Source: Candidatus Pacearchaeota archaeon
Lineage (GTDB): Archaea; Nanobdellota; Nanobdellia; Pacearchaeales; GW2011-AR1
Reading direction: 5' to 3'
Assembly: GCA_016866935.1 (NCBI GenBank)
Contig: VGKS01000001.1
Span: 1-50,014, forward strand
Length of the DNA: 50,014 nucleotides
Position numbers and translations under genes: made by a program. Below, piece after piece: positions 27,726-36,621 of the stretch. Within the stretch, counting starts at the first letter, position 1. Every line of letters starts with the position of its first letter. A model generated the notes under the pieces. That model did not search any database, was not told where the DNA came from, and was given only the letters and a program-made list of their open reading frames with translations.

Positions 27726-29522
27726 CTAGGTTTTAATCATTTGATATAATATAACAAATAAAGATAATATGGAGAAGATTATTGCTAAGATAATGATTGT
27801 AAAAGAAGCATTATCAAGAAGACTGGAAAAAGGGTCAACAGTTTTATAATTAAAGGTATAATCATTCATATTTTTATACAAATAAGGTACGAAGTAAAAG
27901 CTTTGGGACTGTTTAATTTGTTCTAGAATGTTTTGAGGTATCCTAAGGTCCGCTGAATAAACCTTATAGTATTCTTGTGGAATTCCTGTAAATAACTCAT
28001 TTCCATTGAAACTAGGAGATTCTATTATTGAAACAACATCCGCTGTTTCTGCAATTGAATTAATAAAAGACTCTGAAGATGCGTTTAAATTAGGATTATT
28101 TGCCACCCATCCCCAGCCACAATCCTCTACAACACATTCTATAAAATAGACCTTCATTGGTGGAACTGCAGACATATTTTGTGCGAAAACTTGTTGAAAT
28201 AAGGGAACTGATTGCTCAAAATTCAAGTAAGTTTTATCTGTAGCCAACCACATTGAACGGGCAGTATAAATTCTAGAGTCAAATATAATTAAACTTGAGT
28301 CGCTTACTTTATAATTAATTAATGATTTAAGTTCTGCATTGGGTCCCTTGGAAAAATAGTGAGATGGGGTTCCGTTAGAGATACCTAAAAAATATATTGT
28401 AATAAGTAAGAATCCAAATAAGGCAATTATTTTTAGATTTTTAGTCTTTAAGTTGTTTAATGAATTACTTAGACCAAGGCCTGCTGGTATTGCTAGTAGA
28501 ATATACATAAATGCAAAGTGTTTTTGCAAAGGTGCTCCTGCACTTTGAAGGATAAATGGAATTAATAAGAATATAAGAACAAAAGAGAAAACCTTTCTAT
28601 TATTTTTGTATAAACTGAATAGCCCTATAATAGCAAATATTACTAAAACCGGGTCTGTAACTAGTGGAAGTTTATAGTTGTTGTAGTTTTTTAAGTTAAA
28701 TAAGTTATCAAAAAATGAGTTTTCTTGTCCTCCAAGACCACCATATAACTCTTGGGTTGCATTAAGATGAACTAGCCTACTAAAATAAACATCTACAATT
28801 CCTTTCTGATTATATAGAATGTAATTGAAGGATAAAAATGGAAAAGCAAATAGAATTAGTATTGCTAAGAATAAAAGGCAGTTTTTGACTGTTAAGAATT
28901 TATGTCCTTTAGAAAGACCACTATATAAGGCATATACTCCAAATGAAATTATAAAGAACGGGGCATTATATTTTGTTAATAATGCTAAACCAAAGAAAAT
29001 TGAAAATACTAAAAGAAGTCGATATGATGGTTTTTCCATAAACAACATTCCAAAATATATTCCTGAAAAAATAAAGAAAAATACAACCAAACTTTGTTCT
29101 GTAAATGTCATTCTTATCAAAAAACTAGAAAATGTTACAAACAACGCTACAAAAAAAGACTGTTTTTTATTTTTTAATAATTGATTAGAAATTAAGTAAG
29201 CCAGAGGAATAAGTAGAGTTCCTGCAATCATAGGCCAAAATCTTGCTGCGAATGTAGAATAACCAAATACATTGTAAGCGAGATCCGTCAAATAAAAGAA
29301 TAATGGAGGATTTGAATGTGTTGATATTATTTTTGCCCCAATTATTCCAGCGCTCTGGGATGCATATACCATATCATCTGCTAAAACATCTAAATTTATA
29401 GCTCCAATAAACCTCAAAATTAGCCCTATAAAAGTTAGGTAAAGGGTATATCTCGCGTATTTCGCTTCTTCTGAAAGAAACAAAAGTTTAATTCTTTTCT
29501 TTAAAGCATGAATTTTGCCCAT
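27726..29522 (-). CDS. GT-C fold membrane glycosyltransferase (PMT_2/ArnT-like)
   Basis: LADD loop, NPPLFFY, FAARF, GLALLTKY; many TMs plus soluble C-terminal domain. Confidence 0.8.
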   Translation of the reverse strand: MGKIHALKKRIKLLFLSEEAKYARYTLYLTFIGLILRFIGAINLDVLADDMVYASQSAGIIGAKIISTHSNPPLFFYLTDLAYNVFGYSTFAARFWPMIAGTLLIPLAYLISNQLLKNKKQSFFVALFVTFSSFLIRMTFTEQSLVVFFFIFSGIYFGMLFMEKPSYRLLLVFSIFFGLALLTKYNAPFFIISFGVYALYSGLSKGHKFLTVKNCLLFLAILILFAFPFLSFNYILYNQKGIVDVYFSRLVHLNATQELYGGLGGQENSFFDNLFNLKNYNNYKLPLVTDPVLVIFAIIGLFSLYKNNRKVFSFVLIFLLIPFILQSAGAPLQKHFAFMYILLAIPAGLGLSNSLNNLKTKNLKIIALFGFLLITIYFLGISNGTPSHYFSKGPNAELKSLINYKVSDSSLIIFDSRIYTARSMWLATDKTYLNFEQSVPLFQQVFAQNMSAVPPMKVYFIECVVEDCGWGWVANNPNLNASSESFINSIAETADVVSIIESPSFNGNELFTGIPQEYYKVYSADLRIPQNILEQIKQSQSFYFVPYLYKNMNDYTFNYKTVDPFSSLLDNASFTIIILAIIFSILSLFVILYQMIKT

Positions 29523-29572
29523 ATATTCTGGAAATTAAGTTCATTTAAATAGTTATTTTATCCTCACCTAGA

Positions 29573-30313
29573 ATGGTTAAAGAAAAATCAAGAAACGAGT
29601 TTGCAAAGTTCTTTAGTTCAAATGATTATATAAAACTTAAAAACCAATTGTTCAATTATAAATTTAGAAAATATATGCTAGCCACTGCTTATAAAAAACA
29701 TTCGGGCCAAAAAGAAAAGATAATACTTGATGTTGGATGCGGCATTTCTCCAGTTTCTCCAGATTATCATAAAACAGTTTTTATTGATTCTGATAAAAAT
29801 GCAATGAAATTACTAAAAAGTTCTGGAAAAAAGACTTTATTAGGAGATGTAGAAAAGATTCCGGTAAGAACTGGGTATGCTAATGCTCTGTTTTCCTCAG
29901 AAGTTCTTGAACACGTTCCAAATTATAAGAAAGGAATAAAGGAATTTTATAGGGTTCTGAAAAAAGATGGACTATTATTTATTACTGTTCCAACCCATAT
30001 GAAATATTGGGCTTTTGACGACGATTATGTTGGTCATTTAAGGAGATTTGACCCTTATAAATTGGCAAATGAAATTAGACATGAAGGCTTTGATATATTA
30101 GAAAATAAACCAATTGGAAGTTTAATAGAAAGGGAATTGACTAAGCTTTTAGTTAGAAAAGCTATGAAGGGGGATAATCAGAAGATAGGAAGAATAAAAA
30201 TGAAAGCATTTGGTGCTATAAACAAAGTACTCTTTGGATTAATATGGACAGCTCACATATTAAACAATCATAAAAATTCAAGCATTGTAATGATTGTGGC
30301 TAGAAAGAAATAA
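29573..30313 (+). CDS. Class I SAM-dependent methyltransferase
   Basis: ILDVGCG, SEVLEHV, ITVP, DDDYVGHLRRF. Confidence 0.87.
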   Translation: MVKEKSRNEFAKFFSSNDYIKLKNQLFNYKFRKYMLATAYKKHSGQKEKIILDVGCGISPVSPDYHKTVFIDSDKNAMKLLKSSGKKTLLGDVEKIPVRTGYANALFSSEVLEHVPNYKKGIKEFYRVLKKDGLLFITVPTHMKYWAFDDDYVGHLRRFDPYKLANEIRHEGFDILENKPIGSLIERELTKLLVRKAMKGDNQKIGRIKMKAFGAINKVLFGLIWTAHILNNHKNSSIVMIVARKK

Positions 30314-30314
30314 A

Positions 30315-31085
30315 TTATTTCTTGAAATTATTTAGGTCGTATTTCGGATAAGATCTAATTTTATACTTTGTAAGCATATATTTCAATAACTCTCTTAGAA
30401 TTTTAAGGCCATAACTTATTACTTTAACATTGCATTTCTCGTCTCCGTAAAATGTAGGAATGACTATTTCTCTTATTTTCTTCTTAGATCTAACGAATTG
30501 CATTATTATTTCTGAGTCAAAATGAAATCCATCAGAATCTAGATTAAGAGGAATTTTTTTGAGAGCTTGTAATGAGTAAGCTCTAAAACCTGAGTGGAAC
30601 TCAGTTAATCTTGTTCTTAGAACAGTATTCTCTATTGTTGTTAGGAAAATATTTCCTAAATATTTGTATATTGGCATTCCTCCTTTTATAGGGTGTCCAG
30701 CCATTCTTGAGCCGAATACAAAATCAGCATTATTTTCTTCTATTGGTTTTATTAATTTCATAATATACTCTGGAGGATATTGGGCATCTCCGTGAATCAT
30801 TACTACAATATCATATCCTTTCTTCATTGCGTAATTGTATCCCCACTTTTGGTTTCCACCGTATCCTTTATTCTTTTGGTGTTTTATTATAGTCAAGTTC
30901 TTTTTTTTGTTTCTTAGTTTATATTCATTGGCTACAATTGAAGTAAAATCCTTTGATGAGTCATCTGCTATAACTACTTCTGAACATCTTTTCCAGACTT
31001 CTGAAGGCATTCTATCTAAAAGAGATTTTATAGTGGCTTCTGCATTGTATGCAACAACTAAAACCATTAATTTTTTCTTGACCAT
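30315..31085 (-). CDS. GT2 polyprenyl-phosphate glycosyltransferase (DPM1-like)
   Basis: AYNAE, ADDSSKD, NKGYGGNQK, HGDAQYPP, GSRM, EFHSGFRAYS. Confidence 0.88.
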   Translation of the reverse strand: MVKKKLMVLVVAYNAEATIKSLLDRMPSEVWKRCSEVVIADDSSKDFTSIVANEYKLRNKKKNLTIIKHQKNKGYGGNQKWGYNYAMKKGYDIVVMIHGDAQYPPEYIMKLIKPIEENNADFVFGSRMAGHPIKGGMPIYKYLGNIFLTTIENTVLRTRLTEFHSGFRAYSLQALKKIPLNLDSDGFHFDSEIIMQFVRSKKKIREIVIPTFYGDEKCNVKVISYGLKILRELLKYMLTKYKIRSYPKYDLNNFKK

Positions 31086-31155
31086 AAAATTAGAAATTTT
31101 GAGCCTATAAAAAACCTGTTATAATCTTTAAATATGGTAATTGTGCATCAATTCC

Positions 31156-32331
31156 ATGAAATATGTCATAATCGGTTCTGGGGTAATTGGTTCTGCTATC
31201 GCTAGAGAACTTGTAAGCAGAAAAATTGGAGACGTATTAGTCTTGGATAAAGAATCACTTCCTGCACAACACACCTCTGGAAGAAATTCTGGAGTAATCC
31301 ACTCCGGGTTAAATCAGAAACCTGGGAGTCTAAAGGCTAGATTATGTCTGCAAGGCAGTAGCATGCTTAGACGCTATTGTCGCGAAAATGGTGTACCTAT
31401 AGAAGAGTGCGGAACAATATTGGTTGCTAACGATAATGATGAAAGAAGAAGACTTAGAGAATTAGAGAGTTCTGCTGTTGCTTGTGGAGTTCCAGGTGTA
31501 AGAATAATATCTAAGGATGAGCTAAAAGAGCGCGAGCCCTTTGCTCGTGGTCTCGAAGGACTATTTTCTCCAACAGGGGCGATTGTTGCCAGCAGTAAAC
31601 TTGTTTATGCTTTAATGAGGGATGCTGAGTATAATGGAGCCGCATACCAATTTGATACAGAAGTTACTAGAATAGGTGAAAAAGAAATTGACACCTCAAA
31701 AGGAAAAATATGTTTTGACTTTTTGATTAATTGCGGAGGGTTACATGCAGATAACTTAGCACATACCGCGGGTTTAGGGAGGGGTTACTCAGTAATACCT
31801 TTTAGAGGGGATTATAGAGAAGTTGAAGCCAAGGTTAATGGCATGATTTACCACGTACCAGATCTTAGATTTCCATTTTTAGGAGTACACCTGACTAAGA
31901 CAGTTGATCAAAAAGTTATAGCTGGACCTACTGCCACACTATCCCTTGCAGGAAGGGAGGGTTATGCTAGAGGATTTAAAAGTAGATTCTTTTTAGAAAC
32001 TGCAAATTCGCTTGGATTTTGGATGTGGGCTGCTAGAACTCTTTCTAGCGGATCTCAACTAAGACAAGTAGTGCATAATCTGAAAATCTCGAGAGACGAA
32101 GAAGCTTTTTTGGCAGATGTAGCTCAAATTTACACTGGAGAGGTTCAACTAAAAGATAATTATAGATCTGGAATTCGCCCGCAAATAGTTAACCGAGGTG
32201 GTAGGCTTGTAGAGGATTTCCTAATTGATAGATCTGACTGTCAGTTACACATCCTAAATGCAGTCTCTCCTGGTTTTACTGCAAGCCTTGCATTTGCCAA
32301 ATATGTTGTTGACAACTACGCCACCAGATAA
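31156..32331 (+). CDS. lhgO: L-2-hydroxyglutarate oxidase/dehydrogenase (FAD-dependent)
   Basis: IIGSGVIG, HTSGRNSGVIHSG, PGSLKARLC, NCGGLHAD, PFRGDY, IYHVPDLRFPFLGVH, SGIRPQ, NAVSPGFTASL. Confidence 0.85.
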   Translation: MKYVIIGSGVIGSAIARELVSRKIGDVLVLDKESLPAQHTSGRNSGVIHSGLNQKPGSLKARLCLQGSSMLRRYCRENGVPIEECGTILVANDNDERRRLRELESSAVACGVPGVRIISKDELKEREPFARGLEGLFSPTGAIVASSKLVYALMRDAEYNGAAYQFDTEVTRIGEKEIDTSKGKICFDFLINCGGLHADNLAHTAGLGRGYSVIPFRGDYREVEAKVNGMIYHVPDLRFPFLGVHLTKTVDQKVIAGPTATLSLAGREGYARGFKSRFFLETANSLGFWMWAARTLSSGSQLRQVVHNLKISRDEEAFLADVAQIYTGEVQLKDNYRSGIRPQIVNRGGRLVEDFLIDRSDCQLHILNAVSPGFTASLAFAKYVVDNYATR

Positions 32332-32360
32332 TTTTTAAATTGCAGATTAACAAAAATATA

Positions 32361-32639
32361 ATGGTACTAGTGAAGATCTTAGGCTTAATTGATTTTATTG
32401 CAGCCATCATTTTTCTATGCATGATATTTTCTCTTGACTTACCATTACAATTGCTGCTTGTAACAGGAGGACTATTATTTATGAAAAGTTTATTTATATT
32501 GAAAGGTGACTTCTTAAGCGCTATAGATTTAGTAGCTTCTATAACTCTTTTTGTAGGTATTTTCTTTATGCCCTGGGCTTTTTTACTTTGGATATTAAGC
32601 CTTTTCCTTATGTCTAAGGGAGCGGCTAGTTTTCTATAA
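32361..32639 (+). CDS. Small multi-pass membrane protein, unknown function
   Basis: Hydrophobic ORF; TATA-like TTTTTAAA 29 nt upstream of ATG 32361. Confidence 0.6.
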   Translation: MVLVKILGLIDFIAAIIFLCMIFSLDLPLQLLLVTGGLLFMKSLFILKGDFLSAIDLVASITLFVGIFFMPWAFLLWILSLFLMSKGAASFL

Positions 32640-32640
32640 T

Positions 32641-33084
32641 TTATAAGATAAGAGTTCTTAATTTTCTAATAGCAAAGAACTCTCTGGAATCTAAAACGTC
32701 ATGTCTAACCATCCAAACTAAATCTAGTAGTGAATGGAATATCATTCCTATGAAAATGAAATAGAATGGTGAGAAAAATAGAGCGATTACACCAATAAGG
32801 AGATGGGCTTCTATCGTATGAAAAAAGTGAAAGTCTCCTTTTTCACACATACCTAAATCTGATTTTTGTTCTAATATTTGGTCTCTTCTTTCATATCCGT
32901 GATTTAATGCTTCTATAGGGTTCCATTTTTTATGCACAAAAGCAGAATAAAGATAATGGTCGAAATCTGTGAATACAGATGCAAACCAAATAAGAAAAAC
33001 AGAAATATAACTGGTTTCTGGAGAGATGAGTTTAAAGATTATACAAAATACTATTCCGAATAATATGTGCCAGCGTGGAAGCAT
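32641..33084 (-). CDS. Membrane-bound metal-dependent hydrolase-like protein (YdjM-like)
   Basis: Conserved H, DFDH, FHTIE, HSLLD pattern among TM segments. Confidence 0.6.
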   Translation of the reverse strand: MLPRWHILFGIVFCIIFKLISPETSYISVFLIWFASVFTDFDHYLYSAFVHKKWNPIEALNHGYERRDQILEQKSDLGMCEKGDFHFFHTIEAHLLIGVIALFFSPFYFIFIGMIFHSLLDLVWMVRHDVLDSREFFAIRKLRTLIL

Positions 33085-34602
33085 TTATTTTTCACCTATC
33101 TTTCTGATTATATCAGCAAAGGCTGGGCGTGTTATTAATATTCCTACGCTTACTCCAACAATAGTAGTTAAAGCGAATCCCTTAAGCATTCCTGCACCTG
33201 TCCAGAATAATGGCAACATAGATGCAACATTTGTTGCGAAAGATCCTAAGATAATAAAGAATGCAAGTTTTATTCCTTCTCTAAAATTAGATTGTTCATT
33301 CTTTTTTGAAGCATCAAGCAATATTATCTGGTCTCCGACTCCTGTTCCTATTCCTGCAATTATTCCTGCAATACCAGGGGCATCTAAATTCCAGCCCAAT
33401 AATGATGCTATTCCTAAAGTAATAAAGGCTTCTGAAAACATAGTTAATATAACTGATAAAGAAAGATTGACTTTTCTATATCTAACAAATATTATAATTG
33501 AAACTAGTAAGAAAACGGCTATTCCTAATAAGATTAAACTCTTTGTGAATTCCTTACCTAATGCAGGTGAGATTGTATCTATTTTTATAATTTCTAATTT
33601 GTAAGGTAGACTTCCTGTAATTAAAATTGTTTGAAGCTTATGCATTTGGATTCTTGCATCTGCAACTGCTAGATCTGAAGTAGTTCCAGTACCTGAACCT
33701 TGAATAGAAATCTGAGTCGTTACTTGACCTTTAAGGCCTGAACTAATTCTTAACTGATCAACTATTTCTCCATCTAAAATAAGAGTCAAATTTTCTGTAA
33801 GATATTGGCCGCCTGATGACGAGTCTAGAGGTATTGATCTTGTTATATCTGCATGGCGTTGTGCAGCTTCTGCACTCAAAGTTATAGTGAAACTGAATCT
33901 ACTTGCATATGTGCCATCACCCAATGGTTCTGCAGCATATACTGCTGATTGAGTTGCATCATTTCTAAATACATGAGTTATGTCTTCGTTTCCTCCGGTA
34001 AAGGCAGTCACATTACCTATTTTTGCTTCAAACTTTCCTTGTTCAGATATTAATGAACGAAGATTCTCTGGAGTAGCTCCTGCAACTTCTATTAAAAGAT
34101 ATCTTGCCCCTCCTAAATCGCTGACAGGTCTTACAATTATATCTCTAAGACCGAAAACATTAAGTCTCTGGCTTGTTATATCTGCTAAGTCTTGTAATTC
34201 TTCTTGGTTTAATGTAACGTTTTGTGCAGATATAATTGCTCTAGCACCTCCGCTTAAATCTAAGCCAGTCTTAATTTTAGATCTGGGCAAATTATCTACT
34301 GTAATGTAAGATATATTTTCGTCTAAAAATATGAAAGAGTCTTTATCTGTAATTATAGAAATTCTTTTATCTTCAGAACCATTCAGTAGTTTTTCAGATG
34401 CTATAGAATAATCTTCTAAAGAGTTTATTTTTTGAGAATTTATTTCTCTAATTATCATTCCAGGTCTTAGTCCTGATTCAAAAGCTTTTGATTCCGTATC
34501 TAAATTTTTGACCTCAATCCCACTCTTAAGAGTTGGAGATATCATTAACAAGGATAGGATTAACATAATTATCAATACCCAAATACGAAATGTAAGTTTC
34601 AT
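33085..34602 (-). CDS. secD: Protein translocase subunit SecD (with PDZ-like insert)
   Basis: GLDLSGG, RLNVFGL, GKFEAKI, GSLP, ISPALG, GIGTGVGDQII, GFALTTIVG. Confidence 0.92.
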   Translation of the reverse strand: MKLTFRIWVLIIMLILSLLMISPTLKSGIEVKNLDTESKAFESGLRPGMIIREINSQKINSLEDYSIASEKLLNGSEDKRISIITDKDSFIFLDENISYITVDNLPRSKIKTGLDLSGGARAIISAQNVTLNQEELQDLADITSQRLNVFGLRDIIVRPVSDLGGARYLLIEVAGATPENLRSLISEQGKFEAKIGNVTAFTGGNEDITHVFRNDATQSAVYAAEPLGDGTYASRFSFTITLSAEAAQRHADITRSIPLDSSSGGQYLTENLTLILDGEIVDQLRISSGLKGQVTTQISIQGSGTGTTSDLAVADARIQMHKLQTILITGSLPYKLEIIKIDTISPALGKEFTKSLILLGIAVFLLVSIIIFVRYRKVNLSLSVILTMFSEAFITLGIASLLGWNLDAPGIAGIIAGIGTGVGDQIILLDASKKNEQSNFREGIKLAFFIILGSFATNVASMLPLFWTGAGMLKGFALTTIVGVSVGILITRPAFADIIRKIGEK

Positions 34603-35501
34603 TTTTTACGCTCCTCATACCACTTTAGGACAGCTGCATTAAACAACCATGTGTTGATTATATCAGCACATAATCCGAAACTAAGAATTAAGAATATTTG
34701 TCTGAATGAATCTGGTAAACCAGTTACTAAGAAGAATGCAGGAAGAAGAGCAATTAGAGCTGTACCTGTAATGAAAATACCTGTCTTGAATGCCCCAAAT
34801 ATTCTTTGATTGACTGTACCCTCTCTTCTTTTCAAAACACGGCTTGTCAATAATATGTCTGTGTCTACACTATAACCCATAAGCATTAGAAACGCTGCAA
34901 TTCCTGCCGCAGATAATTTAATTCCCAAGGCATCTACTAATGCTAAAGGCATTATTATATTCCCTAAAACCGCTACAACTATTGCTGCACTACGAATAAG
35001 CTGTCTAAATAGGAAGAAAACAACTATGCTTATCAAAACAAAAGAAATAATTATTGCAATTATTAGTTGTTTATAGAAATTAGCGCTTAAACTTGAACCT
35101 GTGAATTCTATGCTGGAATTGTTTGCAGTTAATTCAAATCCTAAAAATTCTTCTACGGCAGATTTTAACTCCTCTGGTTGAGATGTTGTATCTATAATTA
35201 GAGCTACTAATCTTCCTGAAGTTAGATCTCTAATTTCCCTAATGCTTAAATCTGAAAATTCCTTTTCTAAAAAGGCCCTAAGATCTTCTATAGGGACATC
35301 TACATTGTTTAATGTTAAAGTTGTTCCACCTGCTAAAGTAGAATCTTTGTAAATAAATTCTCCATTCTTAGAATAAAACACCCCAAGATAAACTAAAGAA
35401 ATAACTAATAGAATTACAGGTATAAAAAAGAGTAATTTGTACCTCTTTTCATACCAAGCTTCGAATTTACTCGTAGTATTTAATTGTTGGGTATTTTCCA
35501 T
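34599..35501 (-). CDS. secF: Protein translocase subunit SecF
   Basis: LAGGT, IAAFLMLMGYSVDTDILL, ADIINTWLFNA; true start ATG 35501 because the longer ORF runs into tRNA-Gly. Confidence 0.92.
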   Translation of the reverse strand: MENTQQLNTTSKFEAWYEKRYKLLFFIPVILLVISLVYLGVFYSKNGEFIYKDSTLAGGTTLTLNNVDVPIEDLRAFLEKEFSDLSIREIRDLTSGRLVALIIDTTSQPEELKSAVEEFLGFELTANNSSIEFTGSSLSANFYKQLIIAIIISFVLISIVVFFLFRQLIRSAAIVVAVLGNIIMPLALVDALGIKLSAAGIAAFLMLMGYSVDTDILLTSRVLKRREGTVNQRIFGAFKTGIFITGTALIALLPAFFLVTGLPDSFRQIFLILSFGLCADIINTWLFNAAVLKWYEERKK

Positions 35502-35509
35502 TTTTTGAA

Positions 35510-35581
35510 TGCGCCGACTGGGGATCGAACCCAGATCATCTGCGTGGAAGGCAGACGCACTAACCATTATGCTATCGGCGC
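35510..35581 (-). tRNA. tRNA-Gly(TCC)
   Basis: GCGCCGA acceptor stem, anticodon arm TCTGC-CT-TCC-AC-GCAGA, T-arm CTGGG-TTCGATC-CCCAG; no encoded CCA. Confidence 0.95.
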
Positions 35582-35634
35582 TTTATATTCTTTCATCTGG
35601 GAGTGTTTTAAAGCTTATGTTTACTAAAATAATT

Positions 35635-36237
35635 ATGAAAAAACAACAGATTATCTGGAATAGCTTATATAAGGAGGGATTGACTTGGAAAAAGAATAGT
35701 AAGATAGATCAAGATATAAGAAATAAGTCCGTTTTAGAGCTAGGTGTTGGGAATGGAAAAACTTTGAAAGCGATATTGAATAAAAATCCAAAACAAGTTG
35801 TTGCTATAGATATTTCGAAAGAAGCAATAAATTCAATTAAATTTAGAAAAAAGAATTTATCCTTAATAACAAAGGATTTTCTTAAGTTCAATACTAAAGA
35901 TAAATTTGATATGGTATTTAGCCATTATTTTCTAAATAATTTTGAAGAAAAAGAAAGAAAAGAAGCAGTAAGAAGAATAAAATTACTTCTTAATAAAAAT
36001 GGAATAATTTTATTTGAGGATTTTATGGTTGGAGACTTAAGACATAAAGGGGCGGAAATAGAAGAAAACACTATTGAAAAGCAAAATGGAATTATCTGTC
36101 ATTTTTTTACAAAAAATGAAATAGAGAAATTATTTGAAGGAATGGGTGTGGAGAGTAATGAAAAAATATTCAATCCAGTTAGAGGCAATAAATCTGTTAG
36201 AAGGAAAATTATCAAAGCGAAAATAACAAAATTGTAA
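35635..36237 (+). CDS. Class I SAM-dependent methyltransferase
   Basis: VLELGVGNGKT, AIDIS, FDMVF; start moved to ATG 35635 (upstream part overlaps tRNA-Gly). Confidence 0.82.
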   Translation: MKKQQIIWNSLYKEGLTWKKNSKIDQDIRNKSVLELGVGNGKTLKAILNKNPKQVVAIDISKEAINSIKFRKKNLSLITKDFLKFNTKDKFDMVFSHYFLNNFEEKERKEAVRRIKLLLNKNGIILFEDFMVGDLRHKGAEIEENTIEKQNGIICHFFTKNEIEKLFEGMGVESNEKIFNPVRGNKSVRRKIIKAKITKL

Positions 36238-36416
36238 CGCACCCGGTAGGTCCTCGTAGTGTAAAACACCACGGGAACTCCAACTTTGCAGTTGAAGTAT
36301 TTGAAAATCCTATCAATTAACGCACCCGGTAGGTCCTCGTAGTGTAAAACACCACGGGAACTCCAACTTTGCAGTTGAAGTATTTGAAAATCCTATCAAT
36401 TAACGCACCCGGTAGG
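36235..36416 (-). repeat. tRNA-linked 83-bp tandem repeat (2 identical units plus a 16-bp third copy that includes the tRNA-Arg 3' end)
   Basis: TAACGCACCCGGTAGG starts at 36235, 36318 and 36401; the intervening 67 bp are identical in both units. Confidence 0.95.
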
Positions 36417-36478
36417 ATTTGAACCTACGACCTACGCCTTAGGAGGGAGTTGCTCTATCCAGGCTGAGCTACGGGTGC
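36404..36478 (-). tRNA. tRNA-Arg(CCT)
   Basis: GCACCCG acceptor stem, AGCTCAGCCTGGATAGAGC D-arm, ACTCC-CT-CCT-AA-GGCGT anticodon arm (one mismatch), GTAGG-TTCAAAT-CCTAC T-arm. Confidence 0.92.
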
Positions 36479-36483
36479 AAAAA

Positions 36484-36568
36484 TGCGGGAGGGAGGATTC
36501 GAACCTCCGAAGGCACTAAGCACAACAGCTCTTGAGGCTGTCCCGTTTGACCGCTCCGGAACCCCCGC
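36484..36568 (-). tRNA. tRNA-Leu(CAA)
   Basis: GCGGGGG acceptor stem, ACAGC-CT-CAA-GA-GCTGT anticodon arm, long variable arm, GGAGG-TTCGAAT-CCTCC T-arm. Confidence 0.95.
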
Positions 36569-36592
36569 TTAAAGAAATGGTGAGTAGTAAGC

Positions 36593-36600
36593 TTTATAAA
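36593..36600. promoter_or_regulatory. Palindromic TATA box shared by divergent tRNA-Leu and 5S rRNA
   Basis: TTTATAAA with 24 nt to tRNA-Leu 5' end and 21 nt to 5S 5' end. Confidence 0.65.
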
Positions 36601-36621
36601 TCTGATATTTAGAGAGATTGT

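Noticed and set aside
35502..35634. N-terminal extensions of SecF (to 35567) and of the methyltransferase (from 35509)
   Set aside because: Both run through tRNA-Gly; downstream ATGs at 35501 and 35635 fit better.
36235..36416. CRISPR array interpretation of the 83-bp repeat
   Set aside because: The would-be spacers are identical, the repeated 16-mer is the tRNA 3' end, and no cas genes are present.
35510..36600. Nanoarchaeum-like RNase P-free leaderless tRNA expression
   Set aside because: TATA spacing allows very short leaders, but tRNA-Arg lies downstream in a dicistron and needs 5' cleavage.
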